From assembly GCA_965645245.1 (NCBI GenBank), contig OZ287069.1:1674001-1738000 (forward strand): a stretch of 64,000 nucleotides of DNA. The letters are read 5' to 3'. Source of the stretch: Massalongia carnosa (taxonomy: Eukaryota). Position 1 is the stretch's first letter. Each line of letters begins with the position of its first letter. The translations under genes were made by a program, and so were the position numbers. Positions 1 to 14,278 of the stretch are shown one piece after another. The notes beneath the pieces are model-generated. The model was not told where the DNA came from. It ran no database searches and worked only from the letters and a program-made list of their open reading frames with translations.

Positions 1-2039
1 TCGTACAATTTACGTTGTAATACTGTTGGATTGACTCGATTTTTTATTGAACACTTGTATCAAAATCTGAGAAGAATCAAATGGTATCAATTCATCCATA
101 TTGAGCAAGTGCTGAGGTTGTATGTTGCCTATGGCTGGTGCCTTTTCACATAGTTCGTAACATACAAGTACTGTATTCTATATATACCCAACGTGTATAA
201 GCTAGGTAATGTTTCATAGTCTTGTGGAAACGAAAGAGGTCAGGGTGGAAATAAACTCTCGCTGGACACAACAATGACATCGACGGCTTGCACCATCGTT
301 CTAAACACTGATCAGACTCGAGATATCTGAAAGATCGCTATAATCATCACCACCCACTGGCAGGGTTTTACCATGTCCTTGAGTGAAAGCCTATCAGGTC
401 GACGCTGGCAGCCTACTTTTGGCAAAGCTTCAATATGGGAGTTGATCGTTGCCTGAAAGGACGACGGATTGTATCCAATTATCATTGATGTATAAAACTT
501 TTGTATCAGCCTATTCATAGATGCTTCATCGCGCAACCGATATCTCAACGTGACACTTGATCTTTCAATGCAAGCGTGACTCCATGAGGCTAGTATCACC
601 CATGCTATGAAGCCTAACCTAGTCTCTGCTATATCGTACTTCAAATGGAAGACATGCCCTAGAACTGCCGAAAGCCATCAACGCCAGATCTGCTATGCTA
701 TGTATATTCCCTGGTTGTACATATCGGTGGGATATAGGTATATACGTGACGGTTCGTGGACGGTCGTTCCGCTGGCAAAGACGTATTGGCGCCATTCACT
801 TCCCTCCCCTTGCTTCTCACTTCTTTACAACTTACATATTACTTATCGTACGATTCAGGGTCCCAATTAGGAGACGAGGACCGAATCCATCACCGCCTGC
901 TCGATCTGTGTGAACCTATTCTTGATCTTTATCCGGACCTATATTCGTTTGCTCTATTCGGGCATATATCCTAGCGGGAAACTTAATAGCAGCACGAAGG
1001 ATGACCTCAAGCTTAGGTCCCTCGTATTTATTCACAATTCGAGAATAGCCTACCTAGATTGGTCCCTGGGGTATGCTATGAGCCAAACTTTTTTTTTGGA
1101 GTACCAAACCAAACCAACTAGTCACATTGTAGCTATCTAGCTGAGGGTTGCGAATCTATTACGACGAGGAAACAAGGGGTTCAAAGCTTCAGCTCACCAG
1201 CGCGCTCAGCCAATGCCAATGCCATTCTGGGGATTTCGATACGAGTGTATGTCTATCAAATCCTATTCCTCCATATTAATCCTTGGAGCACTCTAGGATA
1301 CGTCTTGGACTTTCGGCATTCCTCTCAATGCCGAGGACAGGCACCTTCTGAGTTACACAATGATCGGATTCAAGTCAATGCGTTTCACATGTCAAGCCTT
1401 TGGGTGATGATCAACACAATGAACCCAATTAGCCTTTATGGAAATCCCATCCTTCATCTTACAATTCCGCGGGAAAGACCGAAACCGCTGAATACGGGGA
1501 TTATAGTGCAGAGAATACGACGTGAAGAGGACTACTCAGTGTGCGTTGGGGTGCTCTTGATAGGATAAGTAAAGAAATCATTGAGGCCAAATTGAAGTGC
1601 CGCGATGCAAGAACGCCTTCGAAAATGGTAGAGAAATGGAGAACCTAGTTGCCAAGCTCTATCGTATATTACAAGTCAACCCATCAAGACATCTCCTACA
1701 AGCAACTTGAGCCCCCGCATCCTAACAGCTAGCGGATCAGCTCTCGAGAAAAAAATATCAGTTAGGATATCATTTTCAAGATGTCATTCCCCGTTCGTCT
1801 TCCTCCTAAGGTCAGGGGAAACTCTTCCATGGGAAAGGTGAGGTGCATGTAGCATCACAGAACCCAAAATATCAGAACTGTGATAGCAAAACCTGTCTCT
1901 AAGTTCCCGCACATAGACCCCAAGTAAGATATCTAGATTTCCAGTTCGCATACTTCAGGAAACAAAATAACTAAAATAACCAACCCGCCCCGCCTAGGAT
2001 CCTCCCGCTATGTAACCTTTCCCCACCTAAGATATGCCA

Positions 2040-2475
2040 GCATGGCATACGTAGGTAGCCATACCCCCAAACTTCGAAAATGCCGAAATGAGCTGTAGAC
2101 CATTCCCCAATCTCCCATTCCGGTCCCCGAACATGAGAACGACCTATCTGGGTATCTATACCAGCCTCATGAGACAGGAATCCTACCCACTCCACCAAAA
2201 TCTTCACCATTCCCTGGAAAATCCCTCTCTAGCGACCTTACTTACATACTTACTTCTGTTCTATAGAATTCTCCTTCCCCGAGGTGCTCCCTTCCCATAT
2301 CCTGATGAGTTACTTGCCCCCTCTTGAAAAACAATTTAAAAAAACTTTGCAACGCTGTCCTCAACAGAGAGTACTATACTACTGCATAACATACCATAAC
2401 AAGAAACCAGGAGCTCGTTTAGATCACGAAATAGAAAATAGAGAGATTTCAATGAGAAAGAAAAAAGAAAGATGA
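2040..2475 (+). pseudogene. Possible decayed ORF relic
   Basis: The frame of ORF 2284-2475 continues upstream through isolated TGA/TAG stops. No family recognised. Confidence 0.2.
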
Positions 2476-3934
2476 TAGATAAGTTGGAGAAAACGGCGAA
2501 AGTAGGCACGTATCTACTTATAATATGAGTGACGGATGAGGATGCGTATTTTTTTTTGGTTTATTCTTTCCTTGCTCTTTAAGTATGCATCTGGATTTGG
2601 GCCAGAAATATGGAATAACTAGAATCCCAGAAATAAGAAAAAGAAGGATAGGATAGGATGAATCTCGTCTGGTCTGCTCGAATTAGTTTAATGGGTGTCT
2701 TAGACATCCCCGCACCTACTATACTTACAATATCTCAGTCAGGTAGATACATAGAAAAAAATCCCTCCCTCCACCTTTCTTTCCTTCTTTCTTCCTCTAA
2801 CCACTGCACCGAACCGAACCCGGTCGCTTTCCATCCATCCATCCGTCCATCATACGTAGCTTAAGTAAGGTGATTTAGTTCACGAGGGAGAAGAGAAGGG
2901 GGAGAAGCCAAGAAAGCCAAGAAAGCAAAGAAGAGAATGATGATGTATTCATACTCCGATGTGTCACCGGCTGTAGGCCGGCCCATGCGGGCAAAGCTAT
3001 CTAAGTTATGTTTCATGGAAAACCTTTTTCAAATTTAAAAACCATATTCCTTGATACCTGTTCGATGTGACACCGAGTCGACGGCGGACGAAAGACGCAG
3101 AGCGAAAAGCGTGTGAGGACAGTGACGCCTTGTGAGATGAAAAGAAAAAGAGAAGTGAAACTACTGTTGATTGTACAACAGTGTGAATGTCGGTCAAAAT
3201 CGAATCAGTAGACCTGTTTTCACTTGCCAAGCAGTTAATATCTTTAGAGTTTTTGATGTTTCGGTCAGCCGTTGATCGTTATTCGGGCCAGCGACGGGAA
3301 ACACCTGTTCTCTGTTGTCAATTAATCTACAGAACATAATTACGTGTTCTGAAAATTTTCTGTGTCAGCCACATGGGCAGGCCGGTGAGGTAACGGGATC
3401 CGTCACTGTAGAAGAAGTCAGCTAAACCGATTTTATCGATAAGGATCTGTGTTGTCAGGGCGCTTTCTGCTTTTTTTAGCACCGTGTGTATTTTCAGTCA
3501 TTTTTTGCGCATTTGTTTTTGACGAGCCGACGCTGCTACAGAGACTTCATAGAAGAGAATGAAAAGGAAAGAGAAATTATAAAAGTATTGGGAGAAAAGT
3601 CATCTTTGGTGTTTCTTGCCTATGAATCAACCAATTCAAGATCCAACCGTTCGTCCATTGGTCTGTCTGCGTGGACATCAAAAATTACTCTCCTCCCACG
3701 TTATACTTGCCCCTGTGTCCTTAACATCCTCCTATTTCCACCTAGCTTGCCCTGTGAAGATTTGGAGAAGCTGATGTCGGAAGTTTAAAAAAGAGGGCCT
3801 TACAAAATCCAGCATCGCTAATAAAAGCCCGCACTTGATGTAACGTTCACCTCTCTCCTGCGTAGGTACGTCTATGAAGCCGGCCAGCCAAAGGCCACAT
3901 CGCGCTTCAGACAACATCAAACGATCATTTCCTT

Positions 3935-6227
3935 CTAACGAACCCCAACATCCTCGTCCTCAGCCTCAACCCGGACAAGGACCTCCTCCAGGAAGCCCTC
4001 CAGGAACGCACCCACGCCGCCACCCATACCGACGGGTGCCTCTTGATCCCACTTCTCGATCTCGGCGAATACACCGGCAGCCTTGACGACTAGGCGTTTG
4101 AGCTTGTCATGCGCGAACTGAAAATGGCGCCCATTTTCTTCAGCCGTCCCTTTGGGGTTGGCGATGGCTGAAAGATTATGAGAAGATGGCTTTGCCTGCA
4201 AGGCAGCATTGAGGTTATAAGTGCGGCGCTGAAGGGCGGCTTCGAGGGCGGGGACGATGACGCCGTTGAGTGCTGTAAGCTCTGCGTTTAGGTCGGGTGG
4301 AGGGAACTTGGTGGATTCGATCGATTTACGTGCTGGCGCCATGTCTCGAGATTGATGGATAGGCAATGTTGGTAGCGGCTGTTGCGAGGGGAGGCAATCT
4401 TTGGGTGAGAATGAAGGGAGTGGTTGCTGCTGTAGCGGCGGTAAGGGTTTTTGTGGCTGCGGTTGAGAGAAGAGAATTGGTTGGCTGGGTAGCGTCCGCA
4501 ACGGTTCTTTTGGTGTACGCTTGAACGGTGGAATTTCTTGAAGTTTGATGGGGGTGAGCGGTTTTCGCGGGAGTTGATTGAATGGTGAATTGGACGGGGG
4601 TTCAGGGAATTTGACGTTATGGCTCGGACGTGAACGCGACTCAGGTTCAGGGGTACCTAGGTTCAGAAATGTCATATCTTTCGCTAGACTATCTTGTAAG
4701 TTTCGATCATAATCCATGGAGTCTGGGCTTTCATGCTTTGGCTTGCTCGGTGGTTTGATGGCACGTGACGGGGTCTCTAAGCGTCCTGATACGTGCGGTT
4801 GGGCTTTTATAGGTGACGGGGGGAGAGCAACTTGAGCGGCCACGCTTTGAGATATAGGTTGTGACGATAAACATGGTCGTCGCTGCGGCGATGACTCACA
4901 TTGCTGACCATCCGGTGAAGTGATCTTCACTGTATCCTCCACCACAAACAGTCCATCCTTGCTGGCTACGTCTGGCCTGAACTTATTAGGACTCTGAGCC
5001 CGGGTCATTTCAGCATTGTTCCATGCTCGAGAGTTTGGAGCCGATTCGTTTAAAGCCTTGAGCTTCGTGCTTCTACCTCCAACAGCTCTAACGGTGCCGA
5101 AATCCCAAAGGTCATCGTCAACAGGAGTTTGGGCACAAGGGACCTGCCCATCGTTTTCGTCCTCATCTTCTGAGTTTTCTTCTCCATGCACCGCCTGCCA
5201 GCGTTCATAACGTTCTATCAACTCCGTAAGATAAGTTGTTTTCTTTGCGCGACGAACAAACGGATGCTTTAGAAGTTCCTTCGCAGAAGGGCGCTCTTGA
5301 GGAAGTCGTCGGAGACACAGATCAACAAATTCTTTGAAAGCACGACTGAAATTACCCTGTAAGGTCGGAGGAGTATTCTTTGGTATTAGGAAAAGAACCT
5401 TCATTGGATGGATGTCAGAATATGGAGGTTCTCCATTGGCAAGCTCCAGCGCAGTTATGCCCAAGGACCAAATGTCTGCTTTATGATCATAACCAGACTG
5501 CTTAATAACTTCCGGAGCCATCCAGAAAGGGGTCCCAACAAAGGTATTTTTCTTTGTCATGGTTGCCGAAAGCTGACCCGATACCCCAAAATCTGCAAGT
5601 TTTACTTGCCCATTTGCTCCAAGCAGGACGTTGGCAGCTAGCAATTCAGCATCAGCCTCCATCAAACCGAGTCATCCAGCCGGTCCAGGTATTCACCTTT
5701 TATGTCTCGGTGCAACTTCTTGTCCCCGTGCAAGTAATCCAGTCCCATTAGGAGCTCTCGTATTATAATTGTTATGTATTCCTCCGGAATCAGGCCTGGT
5801 TTTAAGAGATCTGCACAGCTCCCACCTGAGCAGAATTCCATTATTATCCACAAGTCCGAGCCTTTCAAGAAGGACCCGTGATATTTTGTTACGTATGGAG
5901 AGTGAAGCTCAGACAATATGGATATTTCCTGGATAATATCCTCGACATCATCTTCGGCATTCTCAACATCGATGACCTTGATAGCTACTGCTTGTCCCGT
6001 CCTTCGATCGACCCTATGGTCATGAGTGAGCGCCCATGGCTAATCGCGAGACCTCTGGACCTACCCTTTGTATACCTTCCCAAAGCTCCCCCCACCTGCA
6101 TTAGGTTAACATTGGAGTCGTTGCCATTGGAATGTTTAAAGAGACACCCACCAATACAGTTCTGCCGCGAATAGAGCGTCTCTGGATCCACTAAGCCACT
6201 ACTGGTACCATCGCTAGTATTTGCCAT
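3935..6227 (-). CDS. mst-1: STE20-family GCKIII kinase (MST-1/STK24-25-like), 3 introns
   Basis: Spliced N-terminal kinase domain: [57 protein letters not shown]. Followed by a Pro/Ser-rich linker and a conserved C-terminal helical domain ([14 protein letters not shown]). ATG at 6227. Confidence 0.88.
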
Positions 6228-7305
6228 ATTCCAAAGTTCTTCCCTGACTAAGATTTGGTAGACCCCAAACCTGCCGCTCTGAAAACCGAGGGATATTTGG
6301 GACAGTTCCCTGACCAGGGCAATCTCTGATCCTTGCCTTGTGGGCTCACACCGGGTCGGCTTTGACAACTTGATTCTAATGCGGTAAAATGAATGTGAGC
6401 GGCTTGATCAAGACACTCGAATGGCTTGAGAGAATAAGACTCGTTATCGTTCCGGTCATCAATCATAAACTTAGCGATGGGGGCTGAATTATTGCAGAAA
6501 GTGAACCGATGAGTGTGGTTTCAATGTGATAAACAGTGGAGTGTTGGCAATATAATTGCTGAAGATCAGAGAAATGACGATTGAACAGCACGGCTTTGAA
6601 GGTTAACGATCGTTTTTGCCCCCCGTCCTGTTACACTTTCAAAAAAATGTGATTTATCCACGTGTTTTCTATGGAAAGGTCGAGGGCAGTCATATAAGTT
6701 GGAGAGCTCAGTACACTTCTCGAGGTCGCTCAACGGCCAACGGAATCTAAAGTGCATGCAGGTTTTGTTTCAAGTCTTACGGGCGGCTGAAGGAGCGACG
6801 GGTAAAACGAACGACTTCAAAGGAACGTGCAAAATGGAAGGTGGGTTGTTAATGAGTGGACCAAGCCCCTAGCGACGAAGGAGAACCTGCCATTCCAAAC
6901 CACGGAATTGAAGCTATCCACAGTTGTCAAGCGTGGTAATATCTTGCAAGGGAAGGATGGGTTCGATTGGCTGGGAATACACACGCGGAAAGTACAGAGA
7001 CTTGTGCGAGTTTACATACTATTACAGATTACCTATTCCGTACTGTATTATTACTGGACTTTCTAGAAGTACTCTCTCTTACCGCCCATTTATTACTCAC
7101 TATATTATAAAGTAGGTACTACATTGCATAGCGTCTAGTTTTCAACCTTAGTACTTTGTACATGATATGATGTATTGGACAGCTGTTCCCCTTACTTTGT
7201 CATTAAATAGATGCTTGGAACAAGAACACTATAGAATTCACTTGATGCTTCCCGGAGCCCCTGGTCGCCTTCCCTCCCCGATCTCCAAATATCTAATATG
7301 TTTGC

Positions 7306-10300
7306 TCAGTATGGAATGCCGTTTGTAAGAAGTTGAAACTGGTCGTATCGCTTGGTCGTGTGGCTGCTGTAGCTCTTCTTGATTAAATCTTTCATGAAAT
7401 CTGCCGCTTCTCTCTCGCTCTTCTCCTGCACAAAGCGTTCTCGGAGGTGTTTGATGGTCCATGGCTTAAAGCATGGCAGTCCGCTCCCTAACATAAGGAC
7501 AACTATATCGCACAGTTTATTGGTGTGCTGACGAGAAGCGAGGAATGATTTGATGCACAGCTCTTCAAACCATTTGTAGGATTGCGACGTGGTACTGCCT
7601 CCCATAACGGCTACCATTTCCGAAGTTAATTTGAATGGCGCACGTTCAAATTTTATTCCCCCAGGCGCAATATCGAAACAGAAGCCAAAATCGATGTGTA
7701 AGATATGTCCAGCATCATCAATCATGATGTTGCCATTATGTCGATCCTTGAATTGAAGTAGATACGAGATGACGGAATATGCGGCCATACTTTTAACAAA
7801 ATTGTTTCGAGCCTCCTGGAATTGGATTGAGTTTTCCGTCCCGTATTTAGACACGAAGTAGTCATACAGTCCATTGACCGCTTCACGACCCATCATATCA
7901 CGGGAAACTGAATTAGGCAGAACGTCAATGACACCGCATCCTGGAGCTGTAGCTGTGACCCGATAAGGATAGACATAGACATCCAGACCAACGTTGTTAA
8001 AGATACCTCGGAAAGCAGCAATCAACTGCAGGGCAAGGACATCTTGTCGACAATCATCTCCTACCTTGAATATTGCTGATTGCCATACCTCGTATGTACT
8101 TTCCTGGGATACTTGATCATTTCGATCATTTTCAATGTTTTCGTTCGTTTTCTCTAGCATCTTGTCCGTGCCCTCCATGTCGCCCCTATTCTTTTTGATC
8201 CTAAAAGTGGCCATATAAGGCGCTTTTGCATGGCTTTGCAACGGCTTACCAGACTTACGATCAATCCCAATCACTGTTCCCTCAGGATTACTAGGTAGAT
8301 AAACACCAATCTCAACTTTGATTTTTCTCAATTCCTCTTCAATCTTTTGTTTCTTCTCTGGCTTGCTTCTTTTGATAAAAGGCCGAAGCTTCCCAGAAAT
8401 TCCTGTAATCTCGTTGAAGAATGAAAATTCCCGTTCATAAAATGCTTTATCGGTCTTCGAAAAGCTCCGAATCATGTTATCTGTCACCATATCCAGAGTC
8501 GGTTTCAATGAGTCCTCCTAGAGCTTTCATCAGCCAATATTTAATCTAACATAAATGCACCTAAACCTACAATACTTGATTCTTCATCCTTGTAGGCGTT
8601 TGCTTTCATATTCCAGATTATTTGATGGGCAAAAAGCTGAGAGAACTTCGCGGTCTCGATGATGTATCGCTGCACGTAACCAAGCGTGTCGTAACGTAGG
8701 GTTTGCACAATCTGAGGTACGTAAAAAAACGTCACATCAACTGAGTGGCTCTCCAATGCACGCATAGCATATTGGAGAATATAAGGGTGGTTTTTGTATT
8801 CCGGTAAGAAATAAGTTACTGCCGTTACGGGATTCACGGCGGCCCAATACAGTAAATACTACTAAAATTAGCGCCAAATCAATATTCTCAAAGCGCAATT
8901 TACCTTCAATTGAAAGGAAACGTCATTTGGTAGACAAGAACCTAGAAGAAGTTGCAGAGCGTCGGGTTCACCAAGTGCTTTTTCGGGGGATTTTAGAAGC
9001 AAACACCGAGCATCATGGTGTACTTTTGGGAAGTGGAACCGAGTTGCAATTTGGATGGCAAGACCAGAGCTTTCTGACCACGCAGTTTGGAGAAGCGATG
9101 AAATGGTTGCCTGTAAATGTAAGAAAGGAACTCAAATTCTTACTAAAGCTATCTTCATACCTCAAGTGAGGCCTTGCTATGATTTCCAGACGAGAAAAAA
9201 TGTCTCCTTTCATGATCAAGCGGATACAGCCAGACAATAAGCCGCATTTGTTCATTGTCCAGGAGTACTAACAATAGGTCTTGTTTATTAGAAAGCGAAT
9301 GGAGTGTATTAATAGCTTGAAGGCCGACCGATGCTACACTTCGTAAAGTAGCTTCAACGTCTCCTAATAGTCGAATCTCTGCCTTGATCTGTAATCGATT
9401 CCCTCCGAAAGACCACCTGGAACTATTAGCTTGGGGTAAATACGAAGGTAACCTCTACTTACCAAGGCTGATGGGAAAACCATGCCAGCGCAGAGCTTAA
9501 GATGGCATCCTTCAACCACCATTGAGCTGCCTGATCAAGGCATGTGCAGGATTTCAAGATATTCAAACTAAACAAGATAACCTGAAAATGCATCTCGCGA
9601 GTTAAAGGATGCCCTGCAGAGTCCTTCAGTCCTTCCAAAGTAACGAGGATAAGGCGATGAAAGATACGTTGTGTATGGTAACTCTCAAGTCGGGTAGCAT
9701 TAAAATGGCTAGCTAAAAAATGTAAAACTCGCACATGAGGTGAAATAAGATCATGAGCCGCTTGTTGTCGTTTCAACAGGATCGTTTTGTCAGAAGGAGC
9801 GAATTCTTCCTTAATGTAAAAAGGGTCATCATGGCTGCCAAAGTGTAAGTAATTTACTTTCGCTTGTGCTTTTTGAGACTTACGAGAGCTTCTTACTAAA
9901 AACGCCAGCGTGGTTTCGAACTGTATTCTCCCAACTTTCTATAATTTCCACCAAAATCATAGATTCAGATCGCGGGTTCTCATTGATTATTCCCAGCCAT
10001 AAGGAAACTCCAAGCTTAATTGACTGTTTGGTGAAGACCTTGAACGGAATGCTTACAAGGTGGTGAACAATGGCACATTGGTCTTGTCCTGTCCTGGAGA
10101 ATAGAGCTGCTGCTCTTCGTAAAGTATCACGAAGTTCTTCGATGGATACTGCTTGGTTGTGGAGTATTCGGTGCTCCAAGTGAGTTAGTATTGCCCGGTC
10201 ATCCTTAATTTCTTGCGTGAGGCCACTGGTAGATACATTCTTATCTTCATCTTAAAACAATCAGCTTTACTTCATAATTGGAATGGCTCAAGGCATACTT

Positions 10301-13300
10301 GATCGAATAATGGTGGCCCATTTTTCATCTCGTTCAGGTAATACGTTAGCGTACCTATACTCCTGGCGAGTTGTGTATTGAGCAATAAAGTCGGATGCAG
10401 TGTTAATATTGCAATCTCCGTGACGATCGATGGCCCCTATTCATCAAATTTAGCGAGCCTTGGACTTGGTTACGTCTACTGCTTACCCAGTTTCTGGTCG
10501 GCGGGTGGTATTAAGGATCCCATATCTAATGCAAAGCTTCTTCCCAGAGCGACATGGCCATAAGCGCCCTCGTCATCGTACTCAGAAAGGTAGGTCTGTC
10601 GACATTTAAAGGGTGAAAGGGAACACGGGGGTAGATACATACTTGTAAAAGGCCTTTCACGTCCAAAGGTGCAACATCAAGGACTTGAATCACCCATAGT
10701 CTTGCTCGTTTATAAAGATTGTTCAGCGTGTTCCTTCTCATTTCGTAATCATCGGATAGCTCCACTGATATTTCAACACGAGTAGATGCAAGTTTCGATT
10801 TCCATGAATATTCGTCAATTTCTGACTCCAAGCAGCTGGTCCACATCATTGTTAGTAATTCTAAGAGCGCAAAAAGCGACGATTTCTGGCAAAGAGATGA
10901 AGGTAGTTGGTTGATGATTTTGTTAGCACACGTGGTAGCAACCTGCTGAACTCTTGGAACCCGATGGCAGCAACCAGCGAAAATCAAAGCTAACTGCTTG
11001 GCTATCAAAGGGGCTCCGTGAAATTTTGGGTGTCCACTTAGTGGTCGTCTGAGGTATATGCTTAGAGCTTCGTCTGCAATTGCAACCATGCAATTCTCCA
11101 TAGCGCTCCCATTAAGGCTCGGATCAAGGAAGTAAGTCAAAATGTGGCTACATACTCCACCATTTGCCCGGAGAGTTTCTACAAGATAGGTAGCGCTTAG
11201 GAAAAGGACCTTGGGATGGCTTAAAGCCTTGATATCATACTCGCATTGTGGTAATAGAGAGATAAGTCTTCGTTTTTGTTCTGCCGTATGTGGTGCATTC
11301 ATTCCTCGTCGTAAAACAGTATTCAGCTCTATCTCGCTCTCAGATCGATCTGCTCGATCATCTGCTATCAATGGCACGGATTGCAACGCAAGGGTCTGCA
11401 GCTCGGTGGAGTATTTTTGGCCAAGCTCCGTGGCCGGAGTAATTCCATGTACAACAATGTTAAACCAAGCTCCGCGATAGAGATTCGCTATAGTTTCTTC
11501 TTGGGACAACTCATTTCCTCGATTTTGAGCAAGCCCAAGACTGGTTAAAGGCCGTAATAGTTGGGCTATCTCTCGTGCAGCAAGATCAATGTCGGCCTGA
11601 TGGGTGTTATCACTCTCGTGGACGTCTCCTTTGCTGATGATACTTTCTAAAAGATGAATTTGGTAAATTTCATATAATGGTGACTCTCGATGCAGAGATG
11701 TTGACAGATATAGCCTAGCCTTGGCAACCTGCAATTTTGATTAACGTGTCTCGATCCCGGAGAGCTGACACACTTACGGCCTCCACCAAGAGCTCATTTC
11801 CCTGAAAGTGCGCGTCATGGCTGATCTTGGAATAAAGCTTGAGCAAAGACTTAAGCTCTTGCGGCCCACCGCATGTCGCAAGCGTCGCTGCTTCAGTGAT
11901 AATATGAACATCAACAGCTAACCCAATCTTTCCTAACTTTTGAAGCAAAATTGACAAAGCAAGAGCTGTTATTTTCTCGTCCTGGCAATTAGCTGCAACA
12001 CCAACAATGGCACGTACTACATTACCGTAGACGACCACGGTTTCCTCGTCTCCACTCACATCTAGAGAAATAGCACTTCCAGTTGAATGCTGACTATACC
12101 GTCCTACATTGATTGGCACGTTCAGACTATTTTCTTGTATCTTTTCGACGTTGGATCTCGCGCTGAGCACATTTCCAAGCGTATAGAGCCCGGTGATGAC
12201 AGCATCTTGAGACAACAGGCGAAGTATGTAGGTTAGACTATGCGCGGCTGCTGTGATAATCTTGCCTTGAATACCACCTTGCACAATAAATCGTGGTAAC
12301 GATCGGCTAAAAATGGAGCTAAAGGTTGAAGAGAATCTTGCGACCACAGCCATGGACTGGAGAACAGTGACTGCCAACGTATGGTCCGCCATCTGAACAG
12401 AATCTGCCATAGAATCTTCAAGCCAGGACACTAGTGTCTCTGGATCAGCAATCTCTTCATCAAGTATCATACAGTTAAGGAATGTATCCAGCGTATGTGC
12501 TTTAACGGCGAAGGCTAGTCGTTGCTGCCATGCAGAGCCAAGCTGGAGATAGTCTGCGCCATCTTCAAGAAGGCGCATTTCCTCCATAGCAACATCAGAA
12601 ATAACTTCTAGCAGAGCTGTGCAAGCCGCATTATGCTCAAATCGGGGGAGCGGTTCTTCGGACGTGAGTAAATCAAATATATTAGTCTGCTGTAGCTGGC
12701 GTGGAGGGGCAATTAGAAGCGCACTACATGATACCAAAAGTCTAGTGTACCCACGCTGGAGCAGCATTGCCCCGAGCGGCAGTCCTAAAGCGGCATACCG
12801 CTTTGTATACAATTTCCAATGCATGGAGTTTTTAGACATTGAGTCAGAGGTTCGGATCGACGAAAATGCGCCTTCCACGGATACCATAAAACCTTCTGAC
12901 ATTATTTGACGGAGCAGACTCACCATTTCGAGTTGTTCTGAAACACTATAGAAATACACATATTTCGACGCTGCATCCAGAAATCCCAATAGTGAGACCG
13001 AAATAGAAGCGGTCTCGAGTATCTCGTCGACCCCGATATCGCTATCTGAGTTTCCAGACTCGTGGGTTAGCGCAGAGGAGCTGTTTACTACATCCAAACA
13101 ATTTCGAACATATCCCATAGTGCAGCCAAGCGTAGTATCACGCAGAGAGGGATATTTAATCCCGATTGCCAGGGTGGCGCATGCTAAGTGATAGCTGAGT
13201 GCCTCCCAGGGGGATGGATCAATGGATCGCAAAAAAGGCGAAGGGGCAATTGCTTGAATATGAGCCTCCAACAAGTAGGGCGCTAATTGGTCAAGCAGCC

Positions 13301-13679
13301 GTTTAGCAAGGTCGACATTATCCAGTAGTGGGCCAGCCTTGCAAAGAGCCAATAATACGTCTAGCTCGGCCAACGACTAATGGAGGGTCAGCGGTGCGAT
13401 AGCTATCATCGAAAATTCCGGCAATCAATACCAATGGAGACTTTGTAACTCTTGAGAACGTATGGTTTGAACTCTTGGCAGAGCCTTGACGGCTGGATGG
13501 TGAAGGGCAGGCATGACACAATCTTTCAAAATCCGACTTCTTGCCGTCTCTGGCTGAATTGCCAGCGGAGAGTGCGGCAATCTTCTGTAAAGCATGACGC
13601 CTCAGATGGGGAGAAGGCCTATTTATAGTGATTAGAATAGGAAAGAGCAGACATGAGCGTTTTCAACCTACGCGTCCAT
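7306..13679 (-). CDS. STT4: Phosphatidylinositol 4-kinase type III alpha, about 11 introns
   Basis: C-terminal PI3/4K domain (KVGDDCRQD, KDRHNGNIM, HIDFGF, ends NGIPY) and PIK helical region (FFYVPQIVQTLRYD). GT-AG introns join the ORF pieces back to the ATG at 13679 (MDA|PSPHLRRHALQK). Confidence 0.95.
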
Positions 13680-14278
13680 CAGAATTTGAGAAGCTCCTTG
13701 GACTAGACAAGTTCTTAAATGCCCATGAAGTACAGAGGTAAGATACGTTAGCCAAGTAGTTATCTATCTATAAGATAATACCTTAGATATCACCTGACAT
13801 GTACGGAGTAGGCGATCAGCCCTAAAAAAAAAGCTACTGGCTGGTTAGCTAACTGCTTTAGAGCTAGAATCCCGCAGCGGGAATCCTAGGAGCCGATGAC
13901 GCACAATGGTTGATGCCTTATTCTATACACACTGGTGAATTGTGGATTGATAACAATAAAATATCTGAAAATACTACTAATTATGGCCCTCTTATTATTC
14001 TTACATCATTCAATTTGCCCCAAACATATCACCGTGTCATAGCGATACTTGACTCACTCCAGGCAATATGAATCAAGTACCTTTGTCAACTTCACATCCA
14101 ACCTCCTCATCATCATACCCCATACAAAACTAATGCTTGGCCAGCTTAGCACTCAAAATTTTCCGCCACGTGTTGCTCGTATATAATTATCATCTTATTC
14201 AGGATCAACTGAAACTTCCGCCCGAAATAGGAGAATAATACTACTCTCTTTGACGGTTAGAAATCTGCAAAACCAACA

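Noticed and set aside
2302..2330. CTGATGAG...GAAA hammerhead-like core
   Set aside because: Stem II cannot form and there are no flanking stems.
2937..2959. Box C ATGATGA followed by TGTATTCATACT, complementary to an LSU rRNA segment (snR51-like guide)
   Set aside because: No downstream CTGA box D at a plausible distance, and the D' spacing does not fit the known methylation site.
3039..3051. AAACCATATTCCT resembling snR30/U17 m2 and m1 motifs
   Set aside because: The motifs overlap in the wrong order instead of flanking a hairpin.
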